From: Alphaproteobacteria bacterium
GTDB lineage: Bacteria > Pseudomonadota > Alphaproteobacteria > UBA828
Direction of reading: 5' to 3'
Assembly (NCBI GenBank): GCA_965237415.1
Contig: CBDEFM010000002.1
Coordinates: 2,752,001-2,816,000 of the forward strand
DNA length: 64,000 bases
Under the pieces are notes generated by a model, which saw only the letters and a program-made list of their open reading frames with translations, did no database searches and was not told the origin of the DNA. Shown here in pieces: positions 10,275 to 18,737 of the stretch. Position 1 is the first letter of the stretch; each line of letters opens with the position of its first letter. Both the position numbers and the translations under genes were made by a program.

Positions 10275-10994
10275 GTACATATGGGTGCCGCCGTTCATCG
10301 TGATCGTGGAGCCGGTGGTCCACGCCGCCTTGTCGTCGATGAGGAAGAGCACGGCGTGAGCCACCTCTTCCTCATACCCCATCCGGCGGATCGGGGACTT
10401 GTCGATGATCTTCTGAACGATTTTCTCGGGCATGTTGCGCATCAGGTAGGTGTCGACATAGCCGGGTGCCACGGTGTTGACCGTGATCCCGTGCTTCGCC
10501 CCTTCCTGCGCCAGCGCCTTGGTGAAGCCGTGCATGCCCGCCTTGGCGGCAACGTAGTTGACCTGGTTGAGCTGGCCGGCCTGGCCGTTCATCGAGCCGA
10601 TCTGGACGATGCGGCCCCAGCCCCGCTCCATCATGCCGGGATAGACCGCCTTCGACATGTAGAAGACGGAATCGAGGTTGACCCGCACCACCCGTTGCCA
10701 CTGGTCGTCGGTCATGTTCTCGAACTTGTTGTCGGAGACCGTGCCCGCATTGTTGACGAGGATTTCCACCGGGCCGTGCTCGGCCTCGATGGCCTCGACC
10801 CCGGCCCGGCAGGCGTCGCCGTCGCTCACGTCCCATTTGAGCGCAGGGATGCCCGATTCCGCTGTGAAGGCGGCAGCGCACGCCTCGTCGGCATGGTAGT
10901 TGACCACCACCGGGTGGCCGGCGTCCTTCAGCGCGCGCGCGACGCCGGCGCCGATGCCGCGCGTGCCGCCGGTGATGAGTGCTTGCCGTGCCAC
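10272..10994 (-). CDS. phbB: Acetoacetyl-CoA reductase paralog (SDR)
   Basis: TGGTRGIG, NNAG, GSMNGQAGQ..QVNY.AAKAG; highly similar to the adjacent gene. Confidence 0.8.
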   Translation of the reverse strand: MARQALITGGTRGIGAGVARALKDAGHPVVVNYHADEACAAAFTAESGIPALKWDVSDGDACRAGVEAIEAEHGPVEILVNNAGTVSDNKFENMTDDQWQRVVRVNLDSVFYMSKAVYPGMMERGWGRIVQIGSMNGQAGQLNQVNYVAAKAGMHGFTKALAQEGAKHGITVNTVAPGYVDTYLMRNMPEKIVQKIIDKSPIRRMGYEEEVAHAVLFLIDDKAAWTTGSTITMNGGTHMY

Positions 10995-11018
10995 GCCGTC
11001 TCCCCTCGAAACGTCCCG

Positions 11019-11741
11019 TCAATACATGTGGTGGCCGCCGTTCACCGAGATCGTCGATCCGGTAATGAAATCGGCGTCGTCTGCGGTGAGGAACAGCACC
11101 GCCCGCGCAATGTCCTCGGCGCGGCCCAGCCGGCCGACGGGGATGCTCGCCACAATCTTCTCCAGCACCGCCTCCGGCACCGCGCGCACCATGTCGGTAT
11201 CGACATAGCCGGGTGCGACGGCGTTCACGGTGATCCCGTGGCGCGCGCCCTCCTGCGCCAGGGCCTTGGTAAAGCCGTGAATCCCGGACTTCGCCGCGGC
11301 GTAGTTGACCTGGCCGTACTGGCCCGCCTGGCCGTTAATAGAGCCCACATTCACGACTCGCCCGAACTTGCGCGCGCGCATGCCGGGGAAGGTGGCGTGA
11401 CAGAGGTTGAAGCAAGAGCCGAGGTTGGTGTCGAGCACCGCCTGCCATCTGTCCGGCGTCATCTTTTGCAGCGTGCCATCCCGCGTGATCCCGGCATTGT
11501 TCACCAGGATATCGATGGGGCCCAGGTCCGCCTCGATCTGCGCGACGCCCGCCTCGCAGGCCGCGAAGTCGCTCACGTCCCACTTGCAGACATCGATGCC
11601 AGTGACCTCGCGGAAGCGCTCGGCCGCCTCGTCGTTCGCGTGGTAGTTCGCTGCCACTCGGCAGCCGTGATTCTTCAGCGCGAGCGAAATCGCGCCGCCG
11701 ATGCCCCGCGTTCCGCCTGTCACCAGTGCGACCCGATTCAT
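11019..11741 (-). CDS. phbB: Acetoacetyl-CoA reductase
   Basis: NRVALVTGGTRGIG, NNAGITRD, SINGQAGQYGQVNYAAAKSG, NGGHHMY. Confidence 0.93.
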   Translation of the reverse strand: MNRVALVTGGTRGIGGAISLALKNHGCRVAANYHANDEAAERFREVTGIDVCKWDVSDFAACEAGVAQIEADLGPIDILVNNAGITRDGTLQKMTPDRWQAVLDTNLGSCFNLCHATFPGMRARKFGRVVNVGSINGQAGQYGQVNYAAAKSGIHGFTKALAQEGARHGITVNAVAPGYVDTDMVRAVPEAVLEKIVASIPVGRLGRAEDIARAVLFLTADDADFITGSTISVNGGHHMY

Positions 11742-11854
11742 TCTCTCTCTCCCGGTAATGCTCAGCGCCGCCGGGAGCCGACTCCTCGGCGGCGCGCGCG
11801 CCTCATATGCGCCGGCGGCAGCGCATTTTCAAGCGTTGGCGCGGAGAAGCGGGG

Positions 11855-13075
11855 CTATGCGGCGGCGTGGTCTGCGATCCACGCCGCAAGCCGGCGCCAG
11901 AGCAGGCGCTTGGTCCGCGGGCTCGCCATCATCCCGATATGGCCGAGCGGCGGTCGCCAGGTCTCCACATGAGGCAACGCGATGCTCAGCGCCGCCGCCG
12001 AGGCCGGGGGGACGATACGATCGCGCGCCGGCACGACATTGAGCGCGGGCACGTGAATACGCTCCGGCCGAACCGCCTTGGCGCCTACGCGCCAGTTCCC
12101 CCGCGCGGGGGCGTTCGCGCCGTACCAGTCCTCCAGGCAGGCCCGAGCCACGCGGCCCGTGAGCGGCACGGCGTCGTTGAGCCAGTCCTCGAGCGCGACG
12201 AAGTTGCGCGCCGCGGCCGAGCCGGGCGGGAGCGCGGCAAAGGCCGAGAACTTGCGCGCCGCCAGCGGCGGGTCGAGGGCGGCGAACATGGCCTGCAGCG
12301 CGTCGGGCGGCAGTTGCTCCAGACTCTCGATCAGGGCGGTCAGCCCCGGCAGGTGGGCCGCGATCAGGCGCGCCTGATGGCGGCCGTCGGCCCAAAAATC
12401 CCAGGGCGTCGCCAGCAGGACCAACGCCGCCACATCGGCCCGGGCGGCAAGCGGCAGCACCATCGTGCCGCCCATGCAGTACCCGGTGAGGGTCACCGGC
12501 CTGCCCGCGTCGTGGCGCACCGCCTCCAGCGCGGGCTCCAGGCGACCGAGGATGTAGTCGTCGAGCCCGAAATCCCGCTCGTCGGCGCCCGGTGCTCCCC
12601 AGTCCAGCAGATAGGGGCGGAGGCCCCGCTCCCGCAGATAGCGGGCGAAGCTGCGCCGCGCGGTGAGGTCGAGGATGTAGGCGCGGTTGATGAGCGAAGG
12701 CACCAGCAGCACCGGCGCGCCCGATGCCTCGCCGCCGAAGGCTAGAACCCGCGTGGTGCCGGCCTGCCAGAGGATCGGCGGGTCTTCGAGGCGGCGCCGG
12801 TAAGGGTGTGCGCGGTAGCCTTCGATGCCCGCGAGGAAGCGGCCGACGCGGCCTGCCGCCTCGGCGCCGAGCGCGCGCGCCAGCGCCTCAGGATCGGTCT
12901 CTGCGAGTGCCTTTTCGAGGGCTGCTGCCGGCGCCGCGGGCACGTGCTTCCAGCGCAGCGATCCCCTCCTCGCAAGCGGCAAGGCGGCGAGTGAGCTCAG
13001 CCAGCCGCTGAGCGCCATCCCCAGATGAAGGGGGAGGGGCCTCGGCCCCAGACGAGTTGTCGCCTGCGCGGCCAT
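11855..13075 (-). CDS. PHA synthase-like alpha/beta hydrolase (class III PhaC-like)
   Basis: PVLLVPSLINRAYILDL, lipase box GYCMGG, DRIVP (catalytic Asp), GHIG (catalytic His); lies next to phbB. Confidence 0.85.
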   Translation of the reverse strand: MAAQATTRLGPRPLPLHLGMALSGWLSSLAALPLARRGSLRWKHVPAAPAAALEKALAETDPEALARALGAEAAGRVGRFLAGIEGYRAHPYRRRLEDPPILWQAGTTRVLAFGGEASGAPVLLVPSLINRAYILDLTARRSFARYLRERGLRPYLLDWGAPGADERDFGLDDYILGRLEPALEAVRHDAGRPVTLTGYCMGGTMVLPLAARADVAALVLLATPWDFWADGRHQARLIAAHLPGLTALIESLEQLPPDALQAMFAALDPPLAARKFSAFAALPPGSAAARNFVALEDWLNDAVPLTGRVARACLEDWYGANAPARGNWRVGAKAVRPERIHVPALNVVPARDRIVPPASAAALSIALPHVETWRPPLGHIGMMASPRTKRLLWRRLAAWIADHAAA

Positions 13076-13259
13076 TCAGGCCGCCGCTCGCGGCGTCCGG
13101 CGCCAGTGCCGCGAGGTGCAGGGCGGCGAGGCGGAGCGTGAGCGCGCCCGGGCCTTCGTCCCGGCCGGAGCCGGCGATCTCCTCCTGCCAGAGGTCGAGG
13201 AAGCGCTTGGCGAGCGCGGCCGGGTCGTCGTCATCGCTCATGCCCTCGGGCTTGCTCAT
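12888..13259 (-). CDS. Hypothetical protein, possible PhaE-like partner
   Basis: LAKRFLDLWQEEI N-terminus and C-terminal coiled coil LAELTRRLAACEEGIAALEAR; TATACT lies 6 nt before the ATG. Confidence 0.6.
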   Translation of the reverse strand: MSKPEGMSDDDDPAALAKRFLDLWQEEIAGSGRDEGPGALTLRLAALHLAALAPDAASGGLNGRAGDNSSGAEAPPPSSGDGAQRLAELTRRLAACEEGIAALEARARGAGSSPRKGTRRDRS

Positions 13260-13292
13260 GGCGCGAGTATAGCCCACAGGGCGGCCCCGTCG

Positions 13293-13321
13293 TTGACTCG
13301 CCCGGCACGGCGCACCATGCT
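13293..13321 (+). promoter_or_regulatory. Putative sigma70 promoter of the RidA gene (leaderless)
   Basis: TTGACT-17 bp-CATGCT, 6 nt before ATG 13328. Confidence 0.5.
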
Positions 13322-13327
13322 CGGACC

Positions 13328-13852
13328 ATGACCATCGAGCAGAAGATCGAGGCCGCGGGCCTGACGCTGCCCCGGCTCGAAGACAGCTACAGCAACAACC
13401 CGTCGGGCGCGAAATACGTCTCGCACCACGCGGTGGGGCGCGTGCTTTACCTCTCCGGCTGCACGCCGGCGAAGGACGGCAAGCCCTACATGACCGGCAT
13501 TCTCGGCGTGGACCGCACGATCGAGGAAGGCTACGAGGCGGCGCGCCAGTGCATGCTCTGCTACCTCGGCCTGATCAAGTATGCGCTGGGCGATCTCGAC
13601 CGCGTGCACCGGATGCTGCATCTGGTGGGTTATGTGAACTCGGGTCCCGATTTCGTCGATCAGCCGCGCGTCATCAACGGCGCCGTCGACCTCCTGGTCG
13701 AGCTTTACGGCCCCCGCCTGATGCCGACGCGGGCGGCCATCGGCTGCCGCGGGCTCGCCGTCAACCATTCCGTCGAGCTGATCGCCACGGTTGAATTCGA
13801 CGGCGGCAGCGTGGCGCCGGCGCTCGCCCGCGACGGGACGGTGCTCGACTGA
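13328..13852 (+). CDS. RidA/YjgF family protein
   Basis: LYLSG, EGYEAARQC, GYVNS.PDF.DQPRVINGA.DLL, TRAAIG, SVEL. Confidence 0.88.
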   Translation: MTIEQKIEAAGLTLPRLEDSYSNNPSGAKYVSHHAVGRVLYLSGCTPAKDGKPYMTGILGVDRTIEEGYEAARQCMLCYLGLIKYALGDLDRVHRMLHLVGYVNSGPDFVDQPRVINGAVDLLVELYGPRLMPTRAAIGCRGLAVNHSVELIATVEFDGGSVAPALARDGTVLD

Positions 13853-13900
13853 GAGGCGCCGCCGCCCGCCACTCCTCCGCCATTCAAGAGATCTGATGCC

Positions 13901-14890
13901 ATGGAAGCGGTTCTCTGCAGGGCCTTCGGCCCGCCCAAGACCCTTGCGGTCGAGACCGTGGACCCGCCCGCGCTCGGGCCGGGCGAGGTGCGCATCGCCG
14001 TTGCCGCGGTCGGCGTGAACTTCCCCGATCTCCTCCTGATCGAAGGCAAGTATCAGGTCAGGCCGCCCTTCCCCTTCAGCCCCGGCCTCGAATGCGCGGG
14101 CACGGTCACGGAACTCGGACCCGGCGCAGACGGGCCGGCACCCGGCACCCGCGTGCTCGTCTATTGCTCCCACGGCTGTATGGCCGAGGAGGTGGTGGCG
14201 TCGACCTCCACCGTCATCCCGATCCCCGATGCGATGCCGTTCGACGTCGCTGCGGCCTTTCCCGTGGTCTATGGCACCGGCTACCACGCGCTCGTCGGGC
14301 GCGCGGCGCTGGCCGAGGGCGAGACGCTGCTGGTGCTGGGCGCCTCCGGCGGTGTCGGGCTCTCGGCGGTGGAGATCGGCAAGCGCCTGGGCGCGACCGT
14401 GATCGCGGCCGCAAGCAGCGACGAGAAGCTCGCGCACGCGCAGGAGCACGGTGCCGACCACTTGGTCAACTACAGCACGGAAGACCTTCGCGAGCGGGTC
14501 AAGGCGTTGACCGACGGGCGCGGCGCGGATGTGATCTACGACCCGGTCGGCGGCGATATCTTCGAAGCGTCGATGCGCTGCATCGCGTGGAACGGCCGGT
14601 TGCTGGTCATCGGCTTTGCCTCAGGCCGCATCGCCGAGGCCAAGACCAATATCGTGCTGCTCAAGGAGATGAGTGTCGTCGGGGTCGCCTGGGGCGCCTT
14701 CGCCTTTCGCGACCCCGCCGCGAATCGCGCCTATTTCGCCGAGTTGCTGCGCTGGTACGAGGCCGGCGCGCTGAATCCGCTCGTCTCCCGCCGCCTGCCG
14801 CTCGCAGAGGCGCCGGCGGCGCTGGAGGCGTTTCGCACCCGCAGCGTGGTCGGCAAGCAGGTGCTGACGGTGGAGCAACCCGGCGGCTGA
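13901..14890 (+). CDS. NADPH:quinone oxidoreductase (MDR family)
   Basis: GVNFPD.L...GKYQ, PFSPG.E, GASGGVG, DPVGG, GRLLVIGFASG. Confidence 0.92.
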   Translation: MEAVLCRAFGPPKTLAVETVDPPALGPGEVRIAVAAVGVNFPDLLLIEGKYQVRPPFPFSPGLECAGTVTELGPGADGPAPGTRVLVYCSHGCMAEEVVASTSTVIPIPDAMPFDVAAAFPVVYGTGYHALVGRAALAEGETLLVLGASGGVGLSAVEIGKRLGATVIAAASSDEKLAHAQEHGADHLVNYSTEDLRERVKALTDGRGADVIYDPVGGDIFEASMRCIAWNGRLLVIGFASGRIAEAKTNIVLLKEMSVVGVAWGAFAFRDPAANRAYFAELLRWYEAGALNPLVSRRLPLAEAPAALEAFRTRSVVGKQVLTVEQPGG

Positions 14891-14938
14891 CCACGCGCAC
14901 GCGTCGCCTCCTTTACCCGAGGGCGCGGATTTTCTACC

Positions 14939-16066
14939 TTGTGGCCGCCCCGCGGCGCCGCGGAGCAGTGGACTGCAGAACGGCTAGGACAGAGCGTGGC
15001 TGGGGAGGCGATCCGAGGCGCTGCGGGGCCGCTCGTGGACGATCCCGTCATTGGGCACCCGGTCCGCGCCGGCGGGTGGGCGGATCACGCCGCCTCGTCC
15101 TACGCACTGGCGGCGCGCGCCCTTGATGAGGGGCGCTTCGCCGATGCCGCGGCCCTCGCCCGCCATACGGTCGAAGAAGCCCGCGAGGGCTACGAGCTCT
15201 ATGCCCTCTGGACCGACCAGATCAGGGATACCCTCGTCGCCGAGGGCGTGGACGAGGACGAAATCGCGGCGGGTGAGGCGCGGTTGGGTACGCTGCTGGC
15301 CGGCGAGGCGGGGGAGCCTTTCGACATCCACGCCGGCTGGGCCGCCTACACCGCCGAAATCGACGCGGTCGAGGCCGCCTGCCGGGCCGGCGATGCGCCC
15401 GGCGCCCGCGCGTGCCTGGAGCGCGCCCGCACGACTTGGCTCGAGACCCACGACCGGGGCTGCGACCTGGTCTACGGCATGCTCGACTTGGTGGTCCGCC
15501 ATCTCGGCGAGCGCCGCATCGGCCCGCTCTGGGACGAGCTGATGGCGCCGATGTATGAGACCTACGACGTCTATGACACGGCCGCGCACCCGTGGCCGCG
15601 CTCGATGCACCGGTTGATCCTGATCGCGGCGCTTTCGCTGCGCGGCCATCTGAGCGGCCCGGGGCGCATGGGCGCCATCGAGATCACTGAAGAGGCCGAC
15701 CGCTGGGTGCTCAGCTTCGACCCCTGCGGCTCCGGCGGGCGCACCTACCGCGACGACGACTCTCGGGGCCCGCGCATGCAGCCCCCCTACGGTTTCGCCG
15801 TGACTACCGAGGCCCATGACTGGTCCTGGGGCAAGACCGGCGTCTGCGTCTATTGCGTCCATTGCTGCCAGCTCAACCAGCGCATGCCCATCCGCCGCTT
15901 CGGCTATCCGACGCGGGTGATCGATCCACCCACCTGGCCGGCGGCTCGCGAGGGCGGCGTCTGCCGCTGGTCGATCTACAAGGACCCCGCACTGGTGCCC
16001 GACGAGGCCTATACCAGCGTGGGCTATGAGAAACCGGCAGTGGCCGGCGCGGGAGCGACTCAATGA
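14939..16066 (+). CDS. Conserved-looking hypothetical Cys-rich protein (start uncertain)
   Basis: Host-like codon usage; LRGHLSG, FDPCGSGGR, CVYCVHCC, CRW; ATGA overlap with the next gene. Confidence 0.8.
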   Translation: MWPPRGAAEQWTAERLGQSVAGEAIRGAAGPLVDDPVIGHPVRAGGWADHAASSYALAARALDEGRFADAAALARHTVEEAREGYELYALWTDQIRDTLVAEGVDEDEIAAGEARLGTLLAGEAGEPFDIHAGWAAYTAEIDAVEAACRAGDAPGARACLERARTTWLETHDRGCDLVYGMLDLVVRHLGERRIGPLWDELMAPMYETYDVYDTAAHPWPRSMHRLILIAALSLRGHLSGPGRMGAIEITEEADRWVLSFDPCGSGGRTYRDDDSRGPRMQPPYGFAVTTEAHDWSWGKTGVCVYCVHCCQLNQRMPIRRFGYPTRVIDPPTWPAAREGGVCRWSIYKDPALVPDEAYTSVGYEKPAVAGAGATQ

Positions 16067-17421
16067 GCGATACGGCGAATGAAGAGTTGGCGGCGATCCG
16101 AGAGCGCATGCGCTCAGAAGGCGTGCGCCTCGTTCAGGTCGAGGTGCCGGATCTCGACGGCGGGCTGCGCGGCAAGCTGCTCGCGCTCGACAAGGGGCTC
16201 TCTGACGAGATCGGCTGGTCAAACATCATCTATGGGCTGACCGCGGCGGACGATGTCTATGTCTCTCCGTTCTCGTCCTACGAAAACGGCTTCGCCGACG
16301 TTTTCGGGCAGCCGGATACCGCCACGGTCCGCCGCCTGCCCTGGCGGCCTGATACGGTGGCGGTCGTGATCGACCTCCACGACGCCGACGGCACCATGAC
16401 GCCGGAAGGCCCGCGCACGATGCTGAGGCGCGCCGTCGACAAGGCCACCGCCATGGGCTTCCAGCCGCGCTTCGCGGTCGAGTACGAGGTCTTCATCTAC
16501 TATGCGGACGATGCCGCCTCGCCGCCCTCGCCGGCGACGCTCACGCCGGTATCGCGCACGCGGAACGCCTACAGCCTGGTCCGTCTGCCGGCGCTCCGCG
16601 CGCTCTTCGAGACCTTCATGCAGCGCATGGAGGCGGTGGGCACGCAGGTCGTTTCCATGCACACGGAGCTCGGCCACGGCGCCATCGAGTTCGCGCTCGC
16701 CCATGCGCCGCCGCTCGCCGCCGCGGACGGCGCCGTGCGCGCCAAGACCTATCTGAAGGAGGTCTGTGCCGAGCGCGGCATGGTCGCGACCTTCATGGCC
16801 AAGCTCGACGCCGACCTGCCGGGCTCCGGCGGGCATGTTCACCAGAGCCTGTGGCGGGACGGCGAGAATGTGTTCTGGGGCGGTACGGGCCCGAGCGAGA
16901 CCGCGAGGCAATACGCCGCCGGCCAGCTCGAGCATCTGCCGGCGCTCGTCGCGCTCTGCATGTCTAACATCAACTCGTTCCGGCGCCGGGACTGGCAGCA
17001 CTGGGTGCCCGAGAACGCATCCTGGGGCGATGACAACCGCAGTGCGGCGCTCAGGCTGATCACCCGGCCCGTGCCGCACGGCGCGCGCTTCGAGAACCGG
17101 GTGCCGGGCGCCGATTCGAACGCCTATCTCACCATCGGCGGCATGCTGGCCGCGGGCCTCGACGGTATCGAGCGCGGCCTCGTGCCGCCGCCGCTTTGCG
17201 CAGGCAACGCGGCGCTCGACGAGAGCTACACGAAGCTGCCGGCCTCGCTGGAGGAGGCGGTCGAAGTCTTCGAGGCTTCCGCCTTCCTGCGCCGCGCCTT
17301 CGGCGACCGTTTCGTCGATCACTACGCGCTGTCGCGGCGGGCCGAGCTCGACCTCTGGCGCGCCTGGCAGCAGAGCCATGTCAGCGCCTGGGAGTACGAG
17401 CGCTATTTCGAGACCATTTGA
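16063..17421 (+). CDS. Glutamine synthetase-like gamma-glutamyl ligase (PuuA/GlnA-like)
   Basis: PDLDGGLRGK, EYE, HTELG.G..E, TFMAK....PGSGGHVHQSL, WG.DNRSAALR, RFENRVPGAD.NAY. Confidence 0.9.
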   Translation: MSDTANEELAAIRERMRSEGVRLVQVEVPDLDGGLRGKLLALDKGLSDEIGWSNIIYGLTAADDVYVSPFSSYENGFADVFGQPDTATVRRLPWRPDTVAVVIDLHDADGTMTPEGPRTMLRRAVDKATAMGFQPRFAVEYEVFIYYADDAASPPSPATLTPVSRTRNAYSLVRLPALRALFETFMQRMEAVGTQVVSMHTELGHGAIEFALAHAPPLAAADGAVRAKTYLKEVCAERGMVATFMAKLDADLPGSGGHVHQSLWRDGENVFWGGTGPSETARQYAAGQLEHLPALVALCMSNINSFRRRDWQHWVPENASWGDDNRSAALRLITRPVPHGARFENRVPGADSNAYLTIGGMLAAGLDGIERGLVPPPLCAGNAALDESYTKLPASLEEAVEVFEASAFLRRAFGDRFVDHYALSRRAELDLWRAWQQSHVSAWEYERYFETI

Positions 17422-17516
17422 GTGGCGGGGCGACTTTCATAAGTCGATCGCTGCCCCCATATAGGATTGAGCCGCACCCGGCCGGTGCGCCGGCGTGGCA
17501 GGACGAAGGGGGACGA

Positions 17517-17705
17517 ATGACCGATCAAGACTCGATTGCGCAGCGCCTGGAGGCGCTGCGCAACGAACATCAGTCGTTAAATACTCAAATCGACGCGCTC
17601 GCGGGCCACGGCGACAATCTCGAAATTCAGGGCCTCAAACGCCAGAAACTCCGCCTCAAGGACGAAATCGCGCGGTTGGAGAACGAGCTCGCGCCTTCAG
17701 GATGA
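17517..17705 (+). CDS. DUF465 / YdcH family small protein
   Basis: RLEALRNEHQSLN.QI...LKRQKLRLKDEI; RBS GGGGGA upstream. Confidence 0.85.
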   Translation: MTDQDSIAQRLEALRNEHQSLNTQIDALAGHGDNLEIQGLKRQKLRLKDEIARLENELAPSG

Positions 17706-17811
17706 GTTCGGAGCGAAAATTTACAAAACGAACCCAATTTCAAGTAACTTGTTATTTTAACAACATGAATTGACGGATCGTGCCCATGCCGGCGGTGTGT
17801 TCCGCGCCGGC

Positions 17812-18672
17812 TCAGCCTGTCGGCTTCACCCCGGTGCCGATCCGCACATGGACCGAGAGAGGGACCTCGTCCTCCTCCCGAAGGTGCTCGAAGCCTGCCG
17901 CCACGGCCTCTTTCAAGGCGTGGCGCTTGGCCTCCCCGGCGCCATCGAGGGCACGGCCGAAGGTCATGTCGAACTGGGCCTGCCAGAAGGGGGCATCCGC
18001 CGGGACCCGGGGCGCGAAGCGGACCTCGCGCTCCTCCACATCCGTAAGCCCGCCTTCGGTCAGCGCGCTGGCAAGTGCGCCGGGAGCGCCCAGGGAAAAC
18101 GGCCGGGCAAGGTCGATCTCCTCCACCTCGTCGAGAGGGCCGAGCACGGCCTCGGCGGCAGCGACGAAGACGACGAACATGGTCGTCTCCTCGCGCGGCC
18201 CCCAGACCAGATAGGCCACCCGCCCGCCGGGCTTGAGCACGCGCAGCGCCTCGGCGGCGGCCCGCGCAGGCGCCGGGCAGAACATCAGCCCGAAGCGGCA
18301 AATCACCCGGTCGAACGCGGAGTCCGCATCGGGGAGCGCCAGCATGTCGGCGGTGCGGAAGGTGATATTGCGGAGCCCCTGGGCGGCGGCCCGGCGGCGG
18401 GCGCCCAGCACCATCTCGGGGCAGAGGTCGGTGGCGAAGACGCGGCCTTCCGCGCCGACCAGCACGGCGACGCTGAGCGCGGGCTCGCCGGCGCCCGTTG
18501 CGATGTCGCAGACCTGCTGGCCCCGTGCGATGTCGGCCGCCTCGATGAGCGGGGCGTTCATGCGGGCCGCCTGCTCGGCTATTTCGTCCGCCCGCCGGTC
18601 CCAGTGGCGCCCGCGCCCGGCCCAGTCGGCCCGCACGAGCTCGGTCTCACGCCTGATCGCGTCTGCATCCAT
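17812..18672 (-). CDS. Class I SAM-dependent methyltransferase (UbiE-like)
   Basis: DIATGAGEP, LPDADSAFDRVICRFGLMF, RVLKPGGR. Confidence 0.88.
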   Translation of the reverse strand: MDADAIRRETELVRADWAGRGRHWDRRADEIAEQAARMNAPLIEAADIARGQQVCDIATGAGEPALSVAVLVGAEGRVFATDLCPEMVLGARRRAAAQGLRNITFRTADMLALPDADSAFDRVICRFGLMFCPAPARAAAEALRVLKPGGRVAYLVWGPREETTMFVVFVAAAEAVLGPLDEVEEIDLARPFSLGAPGALASALTEGGLTDVEEREVRFAPRVPADAPFWQAQFDMTFGRALDGAGEAKRHALKEAVAAGFEHLREEDEVPLSVHVRIGTGVKPTG

Positions 18673-18737
18673 GGCGACGCACTCTCCGCGCCCCGGTGCC
18701 CGTGTCAAGGCCGGCACGCCCGCCGGCGGCCTAGGCG

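Noticed and set aside
10029-11972. Long antisense or alternative-frame ORFs (e.g. 10029-11972, 7231-8754, 46567-48705, 50357-52318, 60153-61913)
   Set aside because: Shadow ORFs of real high-GC genes, with no recognisable motifs.
17706-17772. dif site or rho-independent terminator
   Set aside because: No XerD arm (TTATGTTAAAT) match and no GC stem with a U-tract.
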